This document shows, in pieces, positions 1 through 10,313 of a DNA stretch of 38,573 nt. The notes below the pieces were generated by a model. That model made no database searches. It worked only from the letters and a program-made list of their open reading frames with translations, and had not been told where the DNA came from. This stretch comes from Burkholderiales bacterium (GTDB taxonomy: Bacteria > Pseudomonadota > Gammaproteobacteria > Burkholderiales > SHXO01), in contig JBBRGM010000001.1 of assembly GCA_038240725.1 (NCBI GenBank), positions 1-38,573 on the forward strand, given 5' to 3'. Position 1 is the first letter of the stretch; each line of letters begins with the position of its first letter. Made by a program: the position numbers and the translations under genes.

Positions 1-108
1 ACTTTGCCGGAATCAGCGTTGGAAGGCTTAGCTAGTTTGCGGGATTCGCTGCCGGAGTCTGAGCTTCGCACAGCGTTGCAAAAGATGGTCGGACGCCACC
101 GGCGTTAG
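1..108 (+). CDS. 3' end of an unidentified CDS (partial, continues upstream of the window)
   Basis: Frame 1 is open from base 1 to TAG at 106-108 (...LRTALQKMVGRHRR*). It is too short to assign a family. Its stop overlaps the convergent stop of the 105..296 ORF. Confidence 0.3.
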   Translation, partial: TLPESALEGLASLRDSLPESELRTALQKMVGRHRR

Positions 109-296
109 ACCGCGATGATGAGCCGCTCGAAAACTAAAAAACCGAGTGCAGTGAGCGCCAGGATCAGCGTGTATTTGAGAATCTGCCAGCTGAAGCGAAG
201 CCAACGGCGATCTTTAGTGATGAGGAAGGTCACGACGGATGCGCCGATCGCGATGAGAAGCAGGAATCCAATTGCGCGAAAGACAATGCCGGTCAT
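105..296 (-). CDS. small hypothetical membrane protein (63 aa, two hydrophobic helices)
   Basis: ATG at 296. The product has two hydrophobic segments (IVFRAIGFLLLIAIGASVVTFLI and YTLILALTALGFLVF) around a basic loop (KDRRWLRFSW). It lies just downstream of lpxC on the same strand. There is no clear SD and I do not recognise the family. Confidence 0.5.
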   Translation of the reverse strand: MTGIVFRAIGFLLLIAIGASVVTFLITKDRRWLRFSWQILKYTLILALTALGFLVFERLIIAV

Positions 297-352
297 CGAT
301 TTCGGGCCACGCTAACCGCATATCCAACCAAATATCCCGACATTCGCGTCGG

Positions 353-1264
353 CTAGTTGTATTGCCCCTGCAGGTTGAAGAATGCGGGCGCCTCTTCCAC
401 GCGATCGAAGCTGGAAAATTCCCAAGTCGAAGGATCGTCGAGTAAAGCCCGAGCAAGCTTGTTGTTCAGCGCGTGACCGGATTTGTGTGCGGTAAAGGTC
501 CCGATCAGCGGATGCCCTAGGAGATACAAGTCACCTATCGCATCGAGCACCTTGTGCTTTACGAACTCGTCTTCGTAGCGAAGGCCGTCCGAATTAAGCA
601 CGCGATACTCGTCCATCACTACCGCGTTGTCCAAACTACCTCCGAGGCCTAAGCCCTGCGAACGCATCGTCTCGACGTCCTGCATGAATCCGAACGTTCG
701 CGCACGGGCGATCTCCTTCACGTACGAGGTCGTAGCGAAGTCGATCTGGATACGCTGACTGGACTGCTGGAACACGGGGTGATTGAAAGCGATGCTGAAG
801 TCCATGCGAAAACCGTTGTACGGGTCGAACCTCGCCCACTTGTCGCCTTCACGCGCTTCCACCGTCTTCAGCACACGGATAAATTTCTTCGCGGCCGCTT
901 GTTCTGCGATGCCGGCCGACTGGATCAAGAAAATGAACGGACCCGCGCTGCCATCCATGATCGGTACTTCGCCAGCAGTCAAATCGACATAGGCATTGTC
1001 CACACCGAGACCGGCGAATGCGGACATGATGTGCTCCACGGTCGCTACCTTTACGCCATCGCGTTCGAGACACGATGACAGCCGCGTATCGCCAACGCGC
1101 GTCGCCTCGGCTTTGATGTCGACCGGAACCGGCAGATCGATTCGCCGAAAAACGATGCCGGTATCGGGCGCAGCGGGACGCAGCGTGAGATACACCTTGT
1201 CTCCGGTGTGGAGGCCGACGCCGGTAGCGCGGACGATATTTTTAAGCGTGCGTTGATGGATCAT
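353..1264 (-). CDS. lpxC: UDP-3-O-acyl-N-acetylglucosamine deacetylase
   Basis: 303 aa. The N-terminus [44 protein letters not shown] and internal [16 protein letters not shown] and [14 protein letters not shown] are typical LpxC. It holds the canonical position downstream of ftsZ. Confidence 0.97.
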   Translation of the reverse strand: MIHQRTLKNIVRATGVGLHTGDKVYLTLRPAAPDTGIVFRRIDLPVPVDIKAEATRVGDTRLSSCLERDGVKVATVEHIMSAFAGLGVDNAYVDLTAGEVPIMDGSAGPFIFLIQSAGIAEQAAAKKFIRVLKTVEAREGDKWARFDPYNGFRMDFSIAFNHPVFQQSSQRIQIDFATTSYVKEIARARTFGFMQDVETMRSQGLGLGGSLDNAVVMDEYRVLNSDGLRYEDEFVKHKVLDAIGDLYLLGHPLIGTFTAHKSGHALNNKLARALLDDPSTWEFSSFDRVEEAPAFFNLQGQYN

Positions 1265-1404
1265 TGCGTGTTTCCGCCGCGGGCGCCGGTTTCGGCACTG
1301 CGCGGAGTAGCTAAGGAGTTGATTCCTTTAGTATACACGATTCTTCTCCACCTCGAGATTACAAATGTTCGCGGCCGAAGGTCCGGCGGCTATGCGACAC
1401 CTCG

Positions 1405-2559
1405 TCAGTCGGCTTGCTTGCGCAGGAACGCGGGGATGTCCAGCAGTTCTACCCCCGACTGGCGCATCGCCTCGACCGTGGTTTCGCGGTTCCTTCTGCG
1501 CATCACCGCGGGTGCCTCGAGCTGATCGTAATCGACAACTTCCAGAGATCCGCTGTCCGTACCGGTCTTGACCATCGTCAACGGTTTGGTTTGGGTCCGG
1601 TTGACGGGGCTGCCGAGGCCGGTCGCCACGACCGTCACGCGCAGATTTTCTGCGATGCCTTCGTCGATCACGGTTCCGACGATCACGGTCGCATCTTCCG
1701 CCGTGAACGCGCGAACCGTAGTCATAACGTCATTCACCTCTTTCATCTTGAGGGTTCCATTCGCCGTGATGTTCACCAGCACACCGCGCGCTCCCGCGAG
1801 ATTCACGTCTTCCAACAGCGGACTTGCGACGGCTTGCTCGGCAGTAGACTTCGCACGATGCGGTCCGGAACCCATCGCCGAACCCATCATCGCCATACCC
1901 ATCTCCGACATCACGGTGCGAACGTCGGCAAAGTCGACGTTGATCATGCCGGGGCAGTTGATTACTTCCGCGATACCCGCGACCGCACCATGAAGAACGC
2001 CGTTGGCGGCCTTGAATGCGTCGAGCATGCTGATGTCTTCACCGAGCACCTGCATCAGTTTCTCGTTGGGGATCACGATCAGGGAATCGACGTGCTTCGA
2101 CAGCGCTTCCAAGCCTTCATGCGCAATCCGCAAACGTTTGCCTTCGAACTGGAACGGTTTCGTCACCACCGCTACAGTCAAAATGCCGAGCTCGCGCGCG
2201 ATCTCCGCGAATACCGGCGCAGCGCCGGTTCCCGTCCCGCCGCCCATGCCGGCGGTCAGGAACAACATATCTGCGCCCTCGATCAGCTCGATGATGCGCT
2301 CGCGATCTTCGATCGCAGCCTGACGGCCGACTTCCGGATTGGCTCCAGCGCCCAATCCTTTGGTCACGCCCGAGCCGAGCTGCATCAACGTCTTCGCGCG
2401 ATTGCGCGAGAGCGCCTGCGCGTCCGTGTTCGAGCAAATGAATTCCACGCCCTGCACGCCCATGTCGATCATGTGATCGACGGCGTTGCCGCCGCATCCA
2501 CCTACGCCAACGACTTTGATTACTGCTTCCTGGGGAAGTGTGTCGACCAGTTCGAACAT
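1405..2559 (-). CDS. ftsZ: cell division GTPase FtsZ
   Basis: 384 aa. Contains VVGVGGCGGNAV and the tubulin signature GGGTGTGAAPV. GAGGAGA SD upstream of the ATG at 2559. Last gene of the dcw cluster. Confidence 0.98.
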   Translation of the reverse strand: MFELVDTLPQEAVIKVVGVGGCGGNAVDHMIDMGVQGVEFICSNTDAQALSRNRAKTLMQLGSGVTKGLGAGANPEVGRQAAIEDRERIIELIEGADMLFLTAGMGGGTGTGAAPVFAEIARELGILTVAVVTKPFQFEGKRLRIAHEGLEALSKHVDSLIVIPNEKLMQVLGEDISMLDAFKAANGVLHGAVAGIAEVINCPGMINVDFADVRTVMSEMGMAMMGSAMGSGPHRAKSTAEQAVASPLLEDVNLAGARGVLVNITANGTLKMKEVNDVMTTVRAFTAEDATVIVGTVIDEGIAENLRVTVVATGLGSPVNRTQTKPLTMVKTGTDSGSLEVVDYDQLEAPAVMRRRNRETTVEAMRQSGVELLDIPAFLRKQAD

Positions 2560-2631
2560 GTTTATCTCCTCAATTAAAAAATGCCATGAACATCGATTCA
2601 GTCTGACGCGTGCTGCCTGGCGTTCGCCGAC

Positions 2632-3870
2632 CTAAAAATTTCCTTGGATCCAAGTTCTCATGCGCTCGAACACTTGCTTGAACGACGCGCTTTGCATGCG
2701 AACGTTTTGCTCACGCTCATGCGTCGTCAGCCCGGCAATCAGCAGCCCCACGACGGTGGAGTAGCGTGGATTGCGTACCACTTCGGCAAGCCCGGCAACG
2801 TAGTTGGGAACCCCTACTCGCACCGGCATATGAAAAATCTCTTCGCCCAGCTCGACCATGCCCTGCATCGCGCTGCTGCCTCCGGTAATCACGATCCCCG
2901 ATGACAACAATTCCTCGAGGCCGCTGCGACGCAGCTCAGCCTGGATCAATGAATACAGTTCCTCGACGCGCGGCTCGATCACCTCGGCCAGCGTTTGCCG
3001 CGAGAGCTGGCGCGTGCCGCGATCGCCGACACCCGGCACGTCGACCATCTGATGCGAATCGGCAAGCTCGCGCAGCGCGCAGCCGAAGCGACGCTTGATC
3101 TCCTCTGCGTCTTTGGTCGGTGTGCGCAACGCCATTGCGATGTCATTGGTGATCTGATCGCCCGCGATCGGAATAACTGCGGTGTGACGGATAGCACCCT
3201 GCGTGAACACCGCTATATCCGAAGTGCCGCCGCCGATATCGATTAGACACACCCCCAGATCTTTTTCGTCTTCGGATAAAACCGCCATGGCCGATGCGAG
3301 CGGCTGCAGGATCAGATCTTCGACTTCCAGACCACAACGTCGCACGCACTTCATGATGTTTTGCGCAGCCGATACCGCGCCGGTCACGATGTGCACTTTC
3401 ACTTCGAGGCGCACGCCGCTCATGCCGAGCGGTTCGCGCACGTCCTCTTGTCCGTCGATGATGAATTCCTGATTCAGAATGTGCAGGATCTGCTGATCGG
3501 TGGGGATGTTTACCGCCTTGGCCGTTTCGATGACGCGATCGACGTCGATCTGATTCACCTCACGGTCTTTGATCGCGACCATGCCGTGCGAGTTGAAGCT
3601 CTTAATGTGACTGCCGGCGATGCCGGTGAACACGTCCTTGATCTTGCAGTCCGCCATCAGCTCGGCTTCTTCGAGCGCGCGTTGAATCGCGTTGACGGTG
3701 GATTCGATGTTCACCACTACGCCCTTCTTCAATCCGCGCGATGGATGGCTGCCGTAGCCGATTACATCGAACCCGCCTTCAGGTTTGATCTCGGCCACCA
3801 TCGCGACGATCTTCGACGTGCCGATATCGAGACCCACGAGTAGATTTTTGCTGTCCTTCGGTTTATTCAT
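2632..3870 (-). CDS. ftsA: cell division protein FtsA (actin-like ATPase)
   Basis: 412 aa. Phosphate-binding motifs VGLDIGTSKIV and DIGGGTSDIAV. Position between ftsQ and ftsZ. Confidence 0.97.
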   Translation of the reverse strand: MNKPKDSKNLLVGLDIGTSKIVAMVAEIKPEGGFDVIGYGSHPSRGLKKGVVVNIESTVNAIQRALEEAELMADCKIKDVFTGIAGSHIKSFNSHGMVAIKDREVNQIDVDRVIETAKAVNIPTDQQILHILNQEFIIDGQEDVREPLGMSGVRLEVKVHIVTGAVSAAQNIMKCVRRCGLEVEDLILQPLASAMAVLSEDEKDLGVCLIDIGGGTSDIAVFTQGAIRHTAVIPIAGDQITNDIAMALRTPTKDAEEIKRRFGCALRELADSHQMVDVPGVGDRGTRQLSRQTLAEVIEPRVEELYSLIQAELRRSGLEELLSSGIVITGGSSAMQGMVELGEEIFHMPVRVGVPNYVAGLAEVVRNPRYSTVVGLLIAGLTTHEREQNVRMQSASFKQVFERMRTWIQGNF

Positions 3871-3885
3871 TTTTCTTATTTACCG

Positions 3886-4605
3886 TCATGCACCATGCGT
3901 CTTAATGATCGCGGCGCCACCACGGACCGCGAAGCCATTCGGATAGCGCAAGTCGATGCGGTACGTCCGCGAAGGCAGAGCGGCCAAGGTGCGCGAATAC
4001 GCATATACGAATCGCTGCAGCCGATCGTCCATCTGCTCGCGCCCGAGTTGCAGCAAATCGCCGTCGTTCAGTTTGATTTGCCACGCGCGCCGTTCGGAGA
4101 GGACGATCTGCACCGGAAATTTACCGAGCGGCTGCAGCAGCTTTTGGAATGCGGCGTAGCGCTGGGCGACTTCCATCGACGTGCCATCGGGCGCGATGAA
4201 CGTCGGCAAGGTCTCGTCGGTGGCCGCTTCGAATACATCGCCGTAGGTATCGACCAGCGCGATGTCGCGCCAGCGTGCGACGGCAACGTGTTCCTCGACT
4301 TCGACTGTGAGCCGATCCGGCCACTGACGCCGCACGTTCGCAGTACGCACCCACGGCAGCTTCTCGAATGCCGAACGCGCGTGCTCCAAATTCAGCGTGA
4401 AGAAGTTGCCCGAGAATTGGCCTGTTACCACACCGTGGACTTGATCGCGCGTCGTGTGCGTCATCCGGCCGGTAACCTCGACTTCGCGCAGCGGAAAAAT
4501 CGGTAGATTGATAACGAAGATCAGCGCCGCGTACGCGATGAGTCCTCCCGACACGAGGTACAGGCCGGTCGCGATGCCGTTCAGGAGCCGGTGGTTATCC
4601 CACAT
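3886..4605 (-). CDS. ftsQ: cell division protein FtsQ
   Basis: Single N-terminal TM ([28 protein letters not shown]) followed by a POTRA-like segment (LREVEVTG...). Position between ddl and ftsA. I set the start at ATG 4605 (MWDNHRLL..., 11-nt overlap with ddl). The ORF stays open to 4656, so the start is uncertain. Confidence 0.9.
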   Translation of the reverse strand: MWDNHRLLNGIATGLYLVSGGLIAYAALIFVINLPIFPLREVEVTGRMTHTTRDQVHGVVTGQFSGNFFTLNLEHARSAFEKLPWVRTANVRRQWPDRLTVEVEEHVAVARWRDIALVDTYGDVFEAATDETLPTFIAPDGTSMEVAQRYAAFQKLLQPLGKFPVQIVLSERRAWQIKLNDGDLLQLGREQMDDRLQRFVYAYSRTLAALPSRTYRIDLRYPNGFAVRGGAAIIKTHGA

Positions 4606-5506
4606 GCGCGAGCTCCAGAATTTTGACGACCAACTGTTCGAAACTGATGCCGGCAACCTTCGCTGCCATCGGCACCAGACTATGACCGGTCATCCCTGGC
4701 GAGGTGTTCAGCTCGAGCAACGTTACGCTGCCGTCTGCGCGGCGAATCAAGTCGGCGCGACCCCAGCCCTCGCAACCCAGAGCTGCCGCCGCGCGCATGA
4801 CCAGCGCTTGAATACGCGCTTCTTCGTCGGCGGGCAGCCCGCACGGACAAAAGTATTTCGTGTCGTCGCTGAAATACTTGTTCTGATAATCGTAGTTGCC
4901 CTGCGGCGCTTCGATCCTGATCAGCGGCAGCGCCTGCTCGCCGACGAATCCGGCAGTGAGCTCCTCGCCGGAAATAAACTCTTCCGCCAAGATCCATGAA
5001 TCGTGCTTGGCCGCCAGCACGTAGGCGCCGGGAAGATCTTCCGCGCGCGTCACCTTGCTCAAACCGATAGTCGACCCTTCGCGCGCCGGTTTGATGATCA
5101 TCGGAAACCCGAGATGCGCGGCCATCGCGGTCCAGTCCGTGTGGGCCGTGACCACCTCGTAGCGCGGTGTCGGTATTCCGGTAGCGAGCCAGACGAGCTT
5201 GGTCCTGACCTTATCCATGCACAACGCCGACGCCATCACGCCGCTCCCGGTATATGGAATGCCGAGAAGCTCGAGCGCACCTTGTACCGTGCCGTCTTCG
5301 CCGTAGCGCCCGTGCAGTGCGATAAACACGCGATCGAAGCCTTCACGCTGCAAGTCGAGCACCTCTCGCTCCGCCGGATCGAACGGATGTGCATCGACAC
5401 CCGACGCACGCAGCCCCTGCAGCACGGCATTGCCCGACAGCAGCGAGATCTCGCGCTCGGCGGATTTGCCGCCCAGCATGACGGCGACCTTGCCGAATTG
5501 GCTCAC
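4595..5506 (-). CDS. ddl: D-alanine--D-alanine ligase
   Basis: [23 protein letters not shown]-terminus and an ATP-grasp body. I set the start at GTG 5506, which overlaps the murB TGA (GTGA). The Arg-rich upstream part of the 365-aa track ORF lies inside murB and is rejected. Confidence 0.93.
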   Translation of the reverse strand: MSQFGKVAVMLGGKSAEREISLLSGNAVLQGLRASGVDAHPFDPAEREVLDLQREGFDRVFIALHGRYGEDGTVQGALELLGIPYTGSGVMASALCMDKVRTKLVWLATGIPTPRYEVVTAHTDWTAMAAHLGFPMIIKPAREGSTIGLSKVTRAEDLPGAYVLAAKHDSWILAEEFISGEELTAGFVGEQALPLIRIEAPQGNYDYQNKYFSDDTKYFCPCGLPADEEARIQALVMRAAAALGCEGWGRADLIRRADGSVTLLELNTSPGMTGHSLVPMAAKVAGISFEQLVVKILELAHVG

Positions 5507-6462
5507 GTGTGGTCGCCCACGATGCGCACCTCGCGCTCGAGTTGAACATTGAAGCGGTCCCACACCGTCTGCTGAACGCGCTCGATCAATGCCTCGATGT
5601 CGGCCGATGTCGCACCGCCCGCATTGATGATGAAGTTGGCGTGCTTGGGCGAGACCATCGCGCCGCCGATCCGAAAGCCTTTCAGCGCGCAACTCTCGAT
5701 CAGACGCGCGGCATAGTCGCCGGTCGGATTGCGGAAAACCGAGCCCGCGTTGGGTTGATCCAGCGGCTGCGTTGCGATGCGCCGTTCAAGCAGTTGTTTG
5801 ATGTTGCGGCGGGAGGTATCGCTGTCGCCGGGCATGAGCTTGAACCAAGCGGCGGCAAACCATTCATCGAGAAACGTAGAAGCGCGGGCCGCTTCGATCG
5901 ACAACCCGGCGGGTCTGACATAGCGATAGCCGATGTCATACGCGTCCGGACTGCGCTGTATCAGCTCGCCGTTCTGCTGCAGACAGCGCACCGAATCGAC
6001 GATGTCCCAGGTCTCGACGCCGTAGCAGCCTGCGTTCATCGCGAGCGCGCCGCCGACAGTGCCTGGAATGCCTGCCAGAAATTCAGCGCCGGTGAGCCCG
6101 TGAGTTGCCGCGAAGCGCGCAACCTTCGGACTCGCTACGCCGGCTTCCGCGTACAGGAGCAGTTCGCCGGCGTCGTTTTCCTCCAAACGGATGCCGTCGA
6201 GCGCACCGTGCGTAAACACGACGGTGCCGCGCAACCCACCATCGCGCACGAGCAGGTTGCTGCCGAGCCCGACCACGTAGATCGGCTCATCTCGCGGAAT
6301 GGTTTTGATGAAGCGCGCGAGATCCTGCAGATCGCGCGGAAAGTATGCGCGGTCCGCGGGCCCGCCGACACGCCAGCTGGTATGTTTGCGCATCGGCTCG
6401 TTGCGGCGGAACTCGCCACCCAAACCGCGCTCGGCGATGCGTTCGAGCTCAGTCATGTCCAT
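5503..6462 (-). CDS. murB: UDP-N-acetylenolpyruvoylglucosamine reductase
   Basis: 319 aa. [16 protein letters not shown] and [14 protein letters not shown] (FAD-binding PCMH type). Located between murC and ddl, as in betaproteobacterial dcw clusters. Confidence 0.93.
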   Translation of the reverse strand: MDMTELERIAERGLGGEFRRNEPMRKHTSWRVGGPADRAYFPRDLQDLARFIKTIPRDEPIYVVGLGSNLLVRDGGLRGTVVFTHGALDGIRLEENDAGELLLYAEAGVASPKVARFAATHGLTGAEFLAGIPGTVGGALAMNAGCYGVETWDIVDSVRCLQQNGELIQRSPDAYDIGYRYVRPAGLSIEAARASTFLDEWFAAAWFKLMPGDSDTSRRNIKQLLERRIATQPLDQPNAGSVFRNPTGDYAARLIESCALKGFRIGGAMVSPKHANFIINAGGATSADIEALIERVQQTVWDRFNVQLEREVRIVGDHT

Positions 6463-7888
6463 GCGTTGCCGCCTGTGGATGGTTGCTCGACAACGCTGTC
6501 GAGGTCAGCAGGCCCGGCACCGTGCCGATCGAACCGGCGCCCATGGTGATCACCACGTCGCCATCGCGCGCGAGGTCACGAATTGCCTGCGGCATGTCGC
6601 CGATCTGCTCGACGAATATCGGTTCGACTTTCCCGACCACGCGCAAAGCGCGTGCAAGGGCGCGTCCGTCTGCCGCGACGATCGGCGCTTCGCCAGCGGC
6701 GTACACTTCCGCCAGCAGCAGCGCGTCGACAGTCGACAGCACGCGAACGAAATCTTCGAACACATCGCGGGTGCGCGTATAGCGATGCGGCTGGAAGGCC
6801 AGCACGAGCCGGCGACCGGGGAATGCGCCGCGTACGGCGGCCAGCGTCGCTTCCATCTCGACCGGGTGATGACCGTAGTCGTCAATCAAAGTAACGCTGC
6901 CGCCGCCAACGGCATCGACATCGCCGTAGCGCTGAAAGCGGCGGTCTACACCTTTGAATTCAGCGAGCGCACGAGCAATAGCATCTTCCGGGATCTGCAG
7001 CTCCAGACCGACGGCGATCGCAGCGAGCGAGTTCAGCACGTTATGCAAGCCGGGTAGATTTAAAACGATGTCGATGGTTTTACCCGCTGCGCCGTTCGCC
7101 TTGATCTCGGCGGTAAACCGCATGCGGCCGCTCTCGTGCACCACGTTAACGGCGCGTATCTGCGCCTGCTCCGAGAAGCCGTACGTGGTGATCGCCTTGG
7201 CGATGAGCGGCATGATCGCGCGCACGTTGGCATCGTCCACGCATAGCACCGCCATGCCGTAGAACGGAAGACGTTGCACGAAGTCCATGAACGCCTGACG
7301 CAAACGGCTGAAGTCGTGGCCGTACGTCTCCATGTGATCGGCATCAATGTTGGTGATGACCGCAAGCACCGGTTGCAGATACAGAAACGACGCGTCCGAT
7401 TCATCGGCTTCCACGACGATGAACTCGCCCTTGCCCAGTTTCGCGTGCGAGCCTGCCGCTTCGAGACGCCCGCCGATGACGAAGGTCGGGTCCATCCCCG
7501 CTTCTGCCAGCACACTTGCGATCAAACTCGTCGTCGTGGTTTTCCCGTGCGTACCTGCGACGGCGATGCCTTGCCGCAAACGCATCAGCTCGGCGAGCAT
7601 CAATGCGCGCGGCACAACCGGTATGCGGCGTGCACGAGCAGCGCCGACTTCAGGATTGTCCGATTTCACTGCAGTCGAGGTGACCACCGCATCCGCGCCT
7701 TGCACCTGGCCGGCATCGTGACCGCGATACACCTGCGCGCCGAGCGTTTGCAAACGCCGCGTGACTGCGCTCTCGCTCAAGTCCGATCCGCTGACCTGGT
7801 AGCCGAGATTGAGCAGCACTTCCGCGATTCCGCTCATGCCGGAGCCGCCGATGCCTACGAAGTGCACGCGTTTGACTTTATGCTTCAT
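6449..7888 (-). CDS. murC: UDP-N-acetylmuramate--L-alanine ligase
   Basis: 479 aa. [29 protein letters not shown] and the Mur-ligase P-loop [10 protein letters not shown]. Confidence 0.96.
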   Translation of the reverse strand: MKHKVKRVHFVGIGGSGMSGIAEVLLNLGYQVSGSDLSESAVTRRLQTLGAQVYRGHDAGQVQGADAVVTSTAVKSDNPEVGAARARRIPVVPRALMLAELMRLRQGIAVAGTHGKTTTTSLIASVLAEAGMDPTFVIGGRLEAAGSHAKLGKGEFIVVEADESDASFLYLQPVLAVITNIDADHMETYGHDFSRLRQAFMDFVQRLPFYGMAVLCVDDANVRAIMPLIAKAITTYGFSEQAQIRAVNVVHESGRMRFTAEIKANGAAGKTIDIVLNLPGLHNVLNSLAAIAVGLELQIPEDAIARALAEFKGVDRRFQRYGDVDAVGGGSVTLIDDYGHHPVEMEATLAAVRGAFPGRRLVLAFQPHRYTRTRDVFEDFVRVLSTVDALLLAEVYAAGEAPIVAADGRALARALRVVGKVEPIFVEQIGDMPQAIRDLARDGDVVITMGAGSIGTVPGLLTSTALSSNHPQAATHGHD

Positions 7889-7891
7889 CGC

Positions 7892-8056
7892 TCAAGAATC
7901 GGAGTCGCGCGCTCGCGCCAGCAGAAATTGCAGACGCAGATCGCCCAGATCTTGGCATCGCGTTTCGAGTATCGCGCGCGCCTTCGCGCGGACCCGCATA
8001 CGACTCAGTCCCGGCGGTCGTTTGGTTATCGGTTTGCTGCTCTTGTTCAAAGCCAT
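7892..8056 (-). CDS. candidate small ORF (54 aa, basic, no family recognised) in the murG-murC spacer
   Basis: GAGGAA (8066..8061) lies 4 nt before ATG 8056. The ORF MALNKSSKPITKRPPGLSRMRVRAKARAILETRCQDLGDLRLQFLLARARDSDS ends at TGA 7894..7892, 3 nt before the murC ATG. I have no homology evidence, so this could be non-coding spacer. Confidence 0.3.
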   Translation of the reverse strand: MALNKSSKPITKRPPGLSRMRVRAKARAILETRCQDLGDLRLQFLLARARDSDS

Positions 8057-8075
8057 CGTGTTCCTCATCTGAATT

Positions 8076-9134
8076 TCATCCCGCCGCGGCCATGCACACG
8101 CCAGCCACGTCGGCGGTAGCAGTCGGCTTGGCGAGCGTGCGCGCTCGTTGCGCCATATCGAGTAATTTTTCGCGCGTAAATCCCAGCAGCAGATCAGCGA
8201 GCGAGCGCGCACTCAGCTCCGGCTGCGGAATCAAAATCGCGGCACCCGCTTCGACGAGCACGCGTGCGTTTTCGGTCTGGTGATCGTCAACCGCATGCGG
8301 AAACGGAACCAGGATGCTCGCAACGCCGACCGCCGCGAGCTCGGACACCGTCAGTGCGCCGGCTCTGCAGATCACGAGATCGGCTTGCGCATAGCTCGCA
8401 GGCATGTCGTCGATGAACGCGACCGTTTCGGCAGTCACACCGGCCTTCTCGTAATTGCGACGCAGTACATCGAGATGCTTGACGCCCGCCTGATGGGTCA
8501 CGCGCGGACGCTGCGTTTCCGGCAGTAGCTGCAATGTCAGCGGAACGACCTCGTTCAGCGCCTGTGCGCCGAGACTGCCGCCGACGACGAGCAGCTTCAG
8601 CGATCCGATGCGACCGCTGAAACGCTCCGCAGGTGCGCGTACATTCGCGATCGCTTCGCGCACTGGGTTGCCGACCCACTCCGATTTTTTCAAGACGCCG
8701 GGAAAGCCGGTCAGCACGCGGTCCGCAACGGATGCAAGCACGCGGTTGGTAAGCCCCGCAATCGAGTTCTGCTCGTGCACGACCAGCGGACGATTGAGCA
8801 GCGAAGCCATCATCCCGCCGGGAAACGAAACGTAGCCGCCCATGCCGAGCACCACGTTCGGCCGCACGCGAAAGATCGCACGGGCGCTTTGCCAAAACGC
8901 AATCAACAGATTCATCGGCAATAGCATCATGCGCACGACGCCTTTGCCACGCAGTCCGGAGAAGCGAATCCACTCCATCGGGATCGCGTGCTTGGGCACC
9001 AGCGTCGCCTCCATGCCGTTCTTTGCGCCGAGCCAGACGACGTTCCAGCCGGCGCTGCGCATGTACTCGGCGACCGCGAGCGCCGGAAATACATGTCCGC
9101 CCGTTCCGCCCGCCATGATCAGGATCGTCTTCAT
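8076..9134 (-). CDS. murG: undecaprenyldiphospho-muramoylpentapeptide beta-N-acetylglucosaminyltransferase
   Basis: 352 aa. N-terminal [17 protein letters not shown] motif and GT28 architecture. Position between ftsW and murC. Confidence 0.96.
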   Translation of the reverse strand: MKTILIMAGGTGGHVFPALAVAEYMRSAGWNVVWLGAKNGMEATLVPKHAIPMEWIRFSGLRGKGVVRMMLLPMNLLIAFWQSARAIFRVRPNVVLGMGGYVSFPGGMMASLLNRPLVVHEQNSIAGLTNRVLASVADRVLTGFPGVLKKSEWVGNPVREAIANVRAPAERFSGRIGSLKLLVVGGSLGAQALNEVVPLTLQLLPETQRPRVTHQAGVKHLDVLRRNYEKAGVTAETVAFIDDMPASYAQADLVICRAGALTVSELAAVGVASILVPFPHAVDDHQTENARVLVEAGAAILIPQPELSARSLADLLLGFTREKLLDMAQRARTLAKPTATADVAGVCMAAAG

Positions 9135-9149
9135 CTTAAGAAGAGGACG

Positions 9150-10313
9150 TTAGACACTGCGACCTCGCATCATCTGGCGGCTTTCCCAATCGATGCGCAA
9201 CAGCAGTGCGAGCGCGCAGCAATTGGTGACCAGGCCGCTGCCGCCGAAACTAAGGAACGGCAAGGTCAGTCCCTTGGTCGGCAACACCCCGACGTTCACG
9301 CCGATGTTGATGATCGCCTGCACCGCGAGCCACAGCCCGATGCCTTGTGCGACCAGCGCGGGAAAGTAGCGCTCGAGTTTCACCGCTTGCGTGCCGATCG
9401 CGAAGGCGCGCAGGGTGAGCCAGGTAAACAGAGCCATCACGGTGAGAACGCCGACGAAGCCCAGCTCTTCGCCGATAACCGCCAGCAGAAAATCGGTGTG
9501 CGCCTCGGGGAGATAGAACAGTTTCTCGACGCTCGCGCCCAAGCCGACGCCGAACCATTCGCCGCGGCCGAACGCAATCAGTGCGTGCGACAGTTGATAG
9601 CCTTTGCCATAGGGATCTGCCCACGGATCCATGAAGCCGAGGATGCGCTGCATGCGATAGGGTGAGGTCAAAATGATCACGACGAATCCGATCACCAGCA
9701 GCACCACCAGGCCGGCGAACAACCGCCAATTCATTCCACCCAAAAACAGAATGCCCATAGCGATGGCCGCGATCACCGCGAACGCGCCGAAGTCGGGCTC
9801 GCGCAGCAGCAGCGCGCCGGCGAACAACATCACGGCGAACATCGGCAGGAAGCCGCGCTTGAAACTGTGCATCCACGCCGCCTTGCGCACCGTGTAGTCG
9901 GCTGCGTACAGCACGACGAACAGCTTCATCAGCTCGGACGGCTGCAGGTTCACCACCACCAGCGGCAACCAGCGGCGACTGCCGTTCACCTCGCGTCCGA
10001 TGCCCGGGATGAGCACGAGCAGCAGCAGTGCGGCACCGAACATGAACAGATACGGTGCGGCCTGCTGCCAGAGTCGCGTCGGCACCTGGAACGCCATCGC
10101 CGCCGCGACAATGCTGATCAGCACGAACATGAAATGGCGTATCAGAAAATACGTCGGCTGCGTGCCTGCGTAGCGGCCGGTCTGTGCAATCGCCGTCGAT
10201 GCCGAATACACCATGACGAGCCCGATACCGACCAGCAGAATGCCGACCCAGAGCAGCGATTCGTCGTAGTCGCGGAACGTCGATTTGGCGGGCGCGGTGA
10301 GCACGTAATTCAT
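9150..10313 (-). CDS. ftsW: SEDS-family lipid II polymerase/flippase FtsW
   Basis: Polytopic membrane protein (MNYVLTAP...[20 protein letters not shown]...). The start ATG 10313 overlaps the murD stop as ATGA. The remaining 205 upstream codons of the 592-aa track ORF are Arg-rich shadow inside murD. Confidence 0.95.
   Translation of the reverse strand: MNYVLTAPAKSTFRDYDESLLWVGILLVGIGLVMVYSASTAIAQTGRYAGTQPTYFLIRHFMFVLISIVAAAMAFQVPTRLWQQAAPYLFMFGAALLLLVLIPGIGREVNGSRRWLPLVVVNLQPSELMKLFVVLYAADYTVRKAAWMHSFKRGFLPMFAVMLFAGALLLREPDFGAFAVIAAIAMGILFLGGMNWRLFAGLVVLLVIGFVVIILTSPYRMQRILGFMDPWADPYGKGYQLSHALIAFGRGEWFGVGLGASVEKLFYLPEAHTDFLLAVIGEELGFVGVLTVMALFTWLTLRAFAIGTQAVKLERYFPALVAQGIGLWLAVQAIINIGVNVGVLPTKGLTLPFLSFGGSGLVTNCCALALLLRIDWESRQMMRGRSV

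Noticed and set aside
1265-1404. Possible lpxC promoter (TATACT at 1335..1330 on the minus strand) followed by the near-palindrome CTAAAGGAATCAACTCCTTAG (1311-1331)
   Set aside because: No acceptable -35 element lies at 16-18 nt spacing (the best is TCTCGA). The inverted repeat is imperfect. An ftsZ-lpxC promoter is plausible from E. coli precedent but is not supported well enough here.
1414-2577. 387-aa plus-strand ORF covering the whole of ftsZ in antisense
   Set aside because: This is a shadow ORF typical of GC-rich DNA. Its translation is Arg/His/Ala-rich and low-complexity with no motifs, while the opposite strand encodes an unmistakable FtsZ.
5509-6549. 346-aa plus-strand ORF antisense to murB
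   Set aside because: Same reasoning as above. murB on the minus strand has clear family motifs, and the antisense product is Arg/Ala-rich with no recognisable domain.
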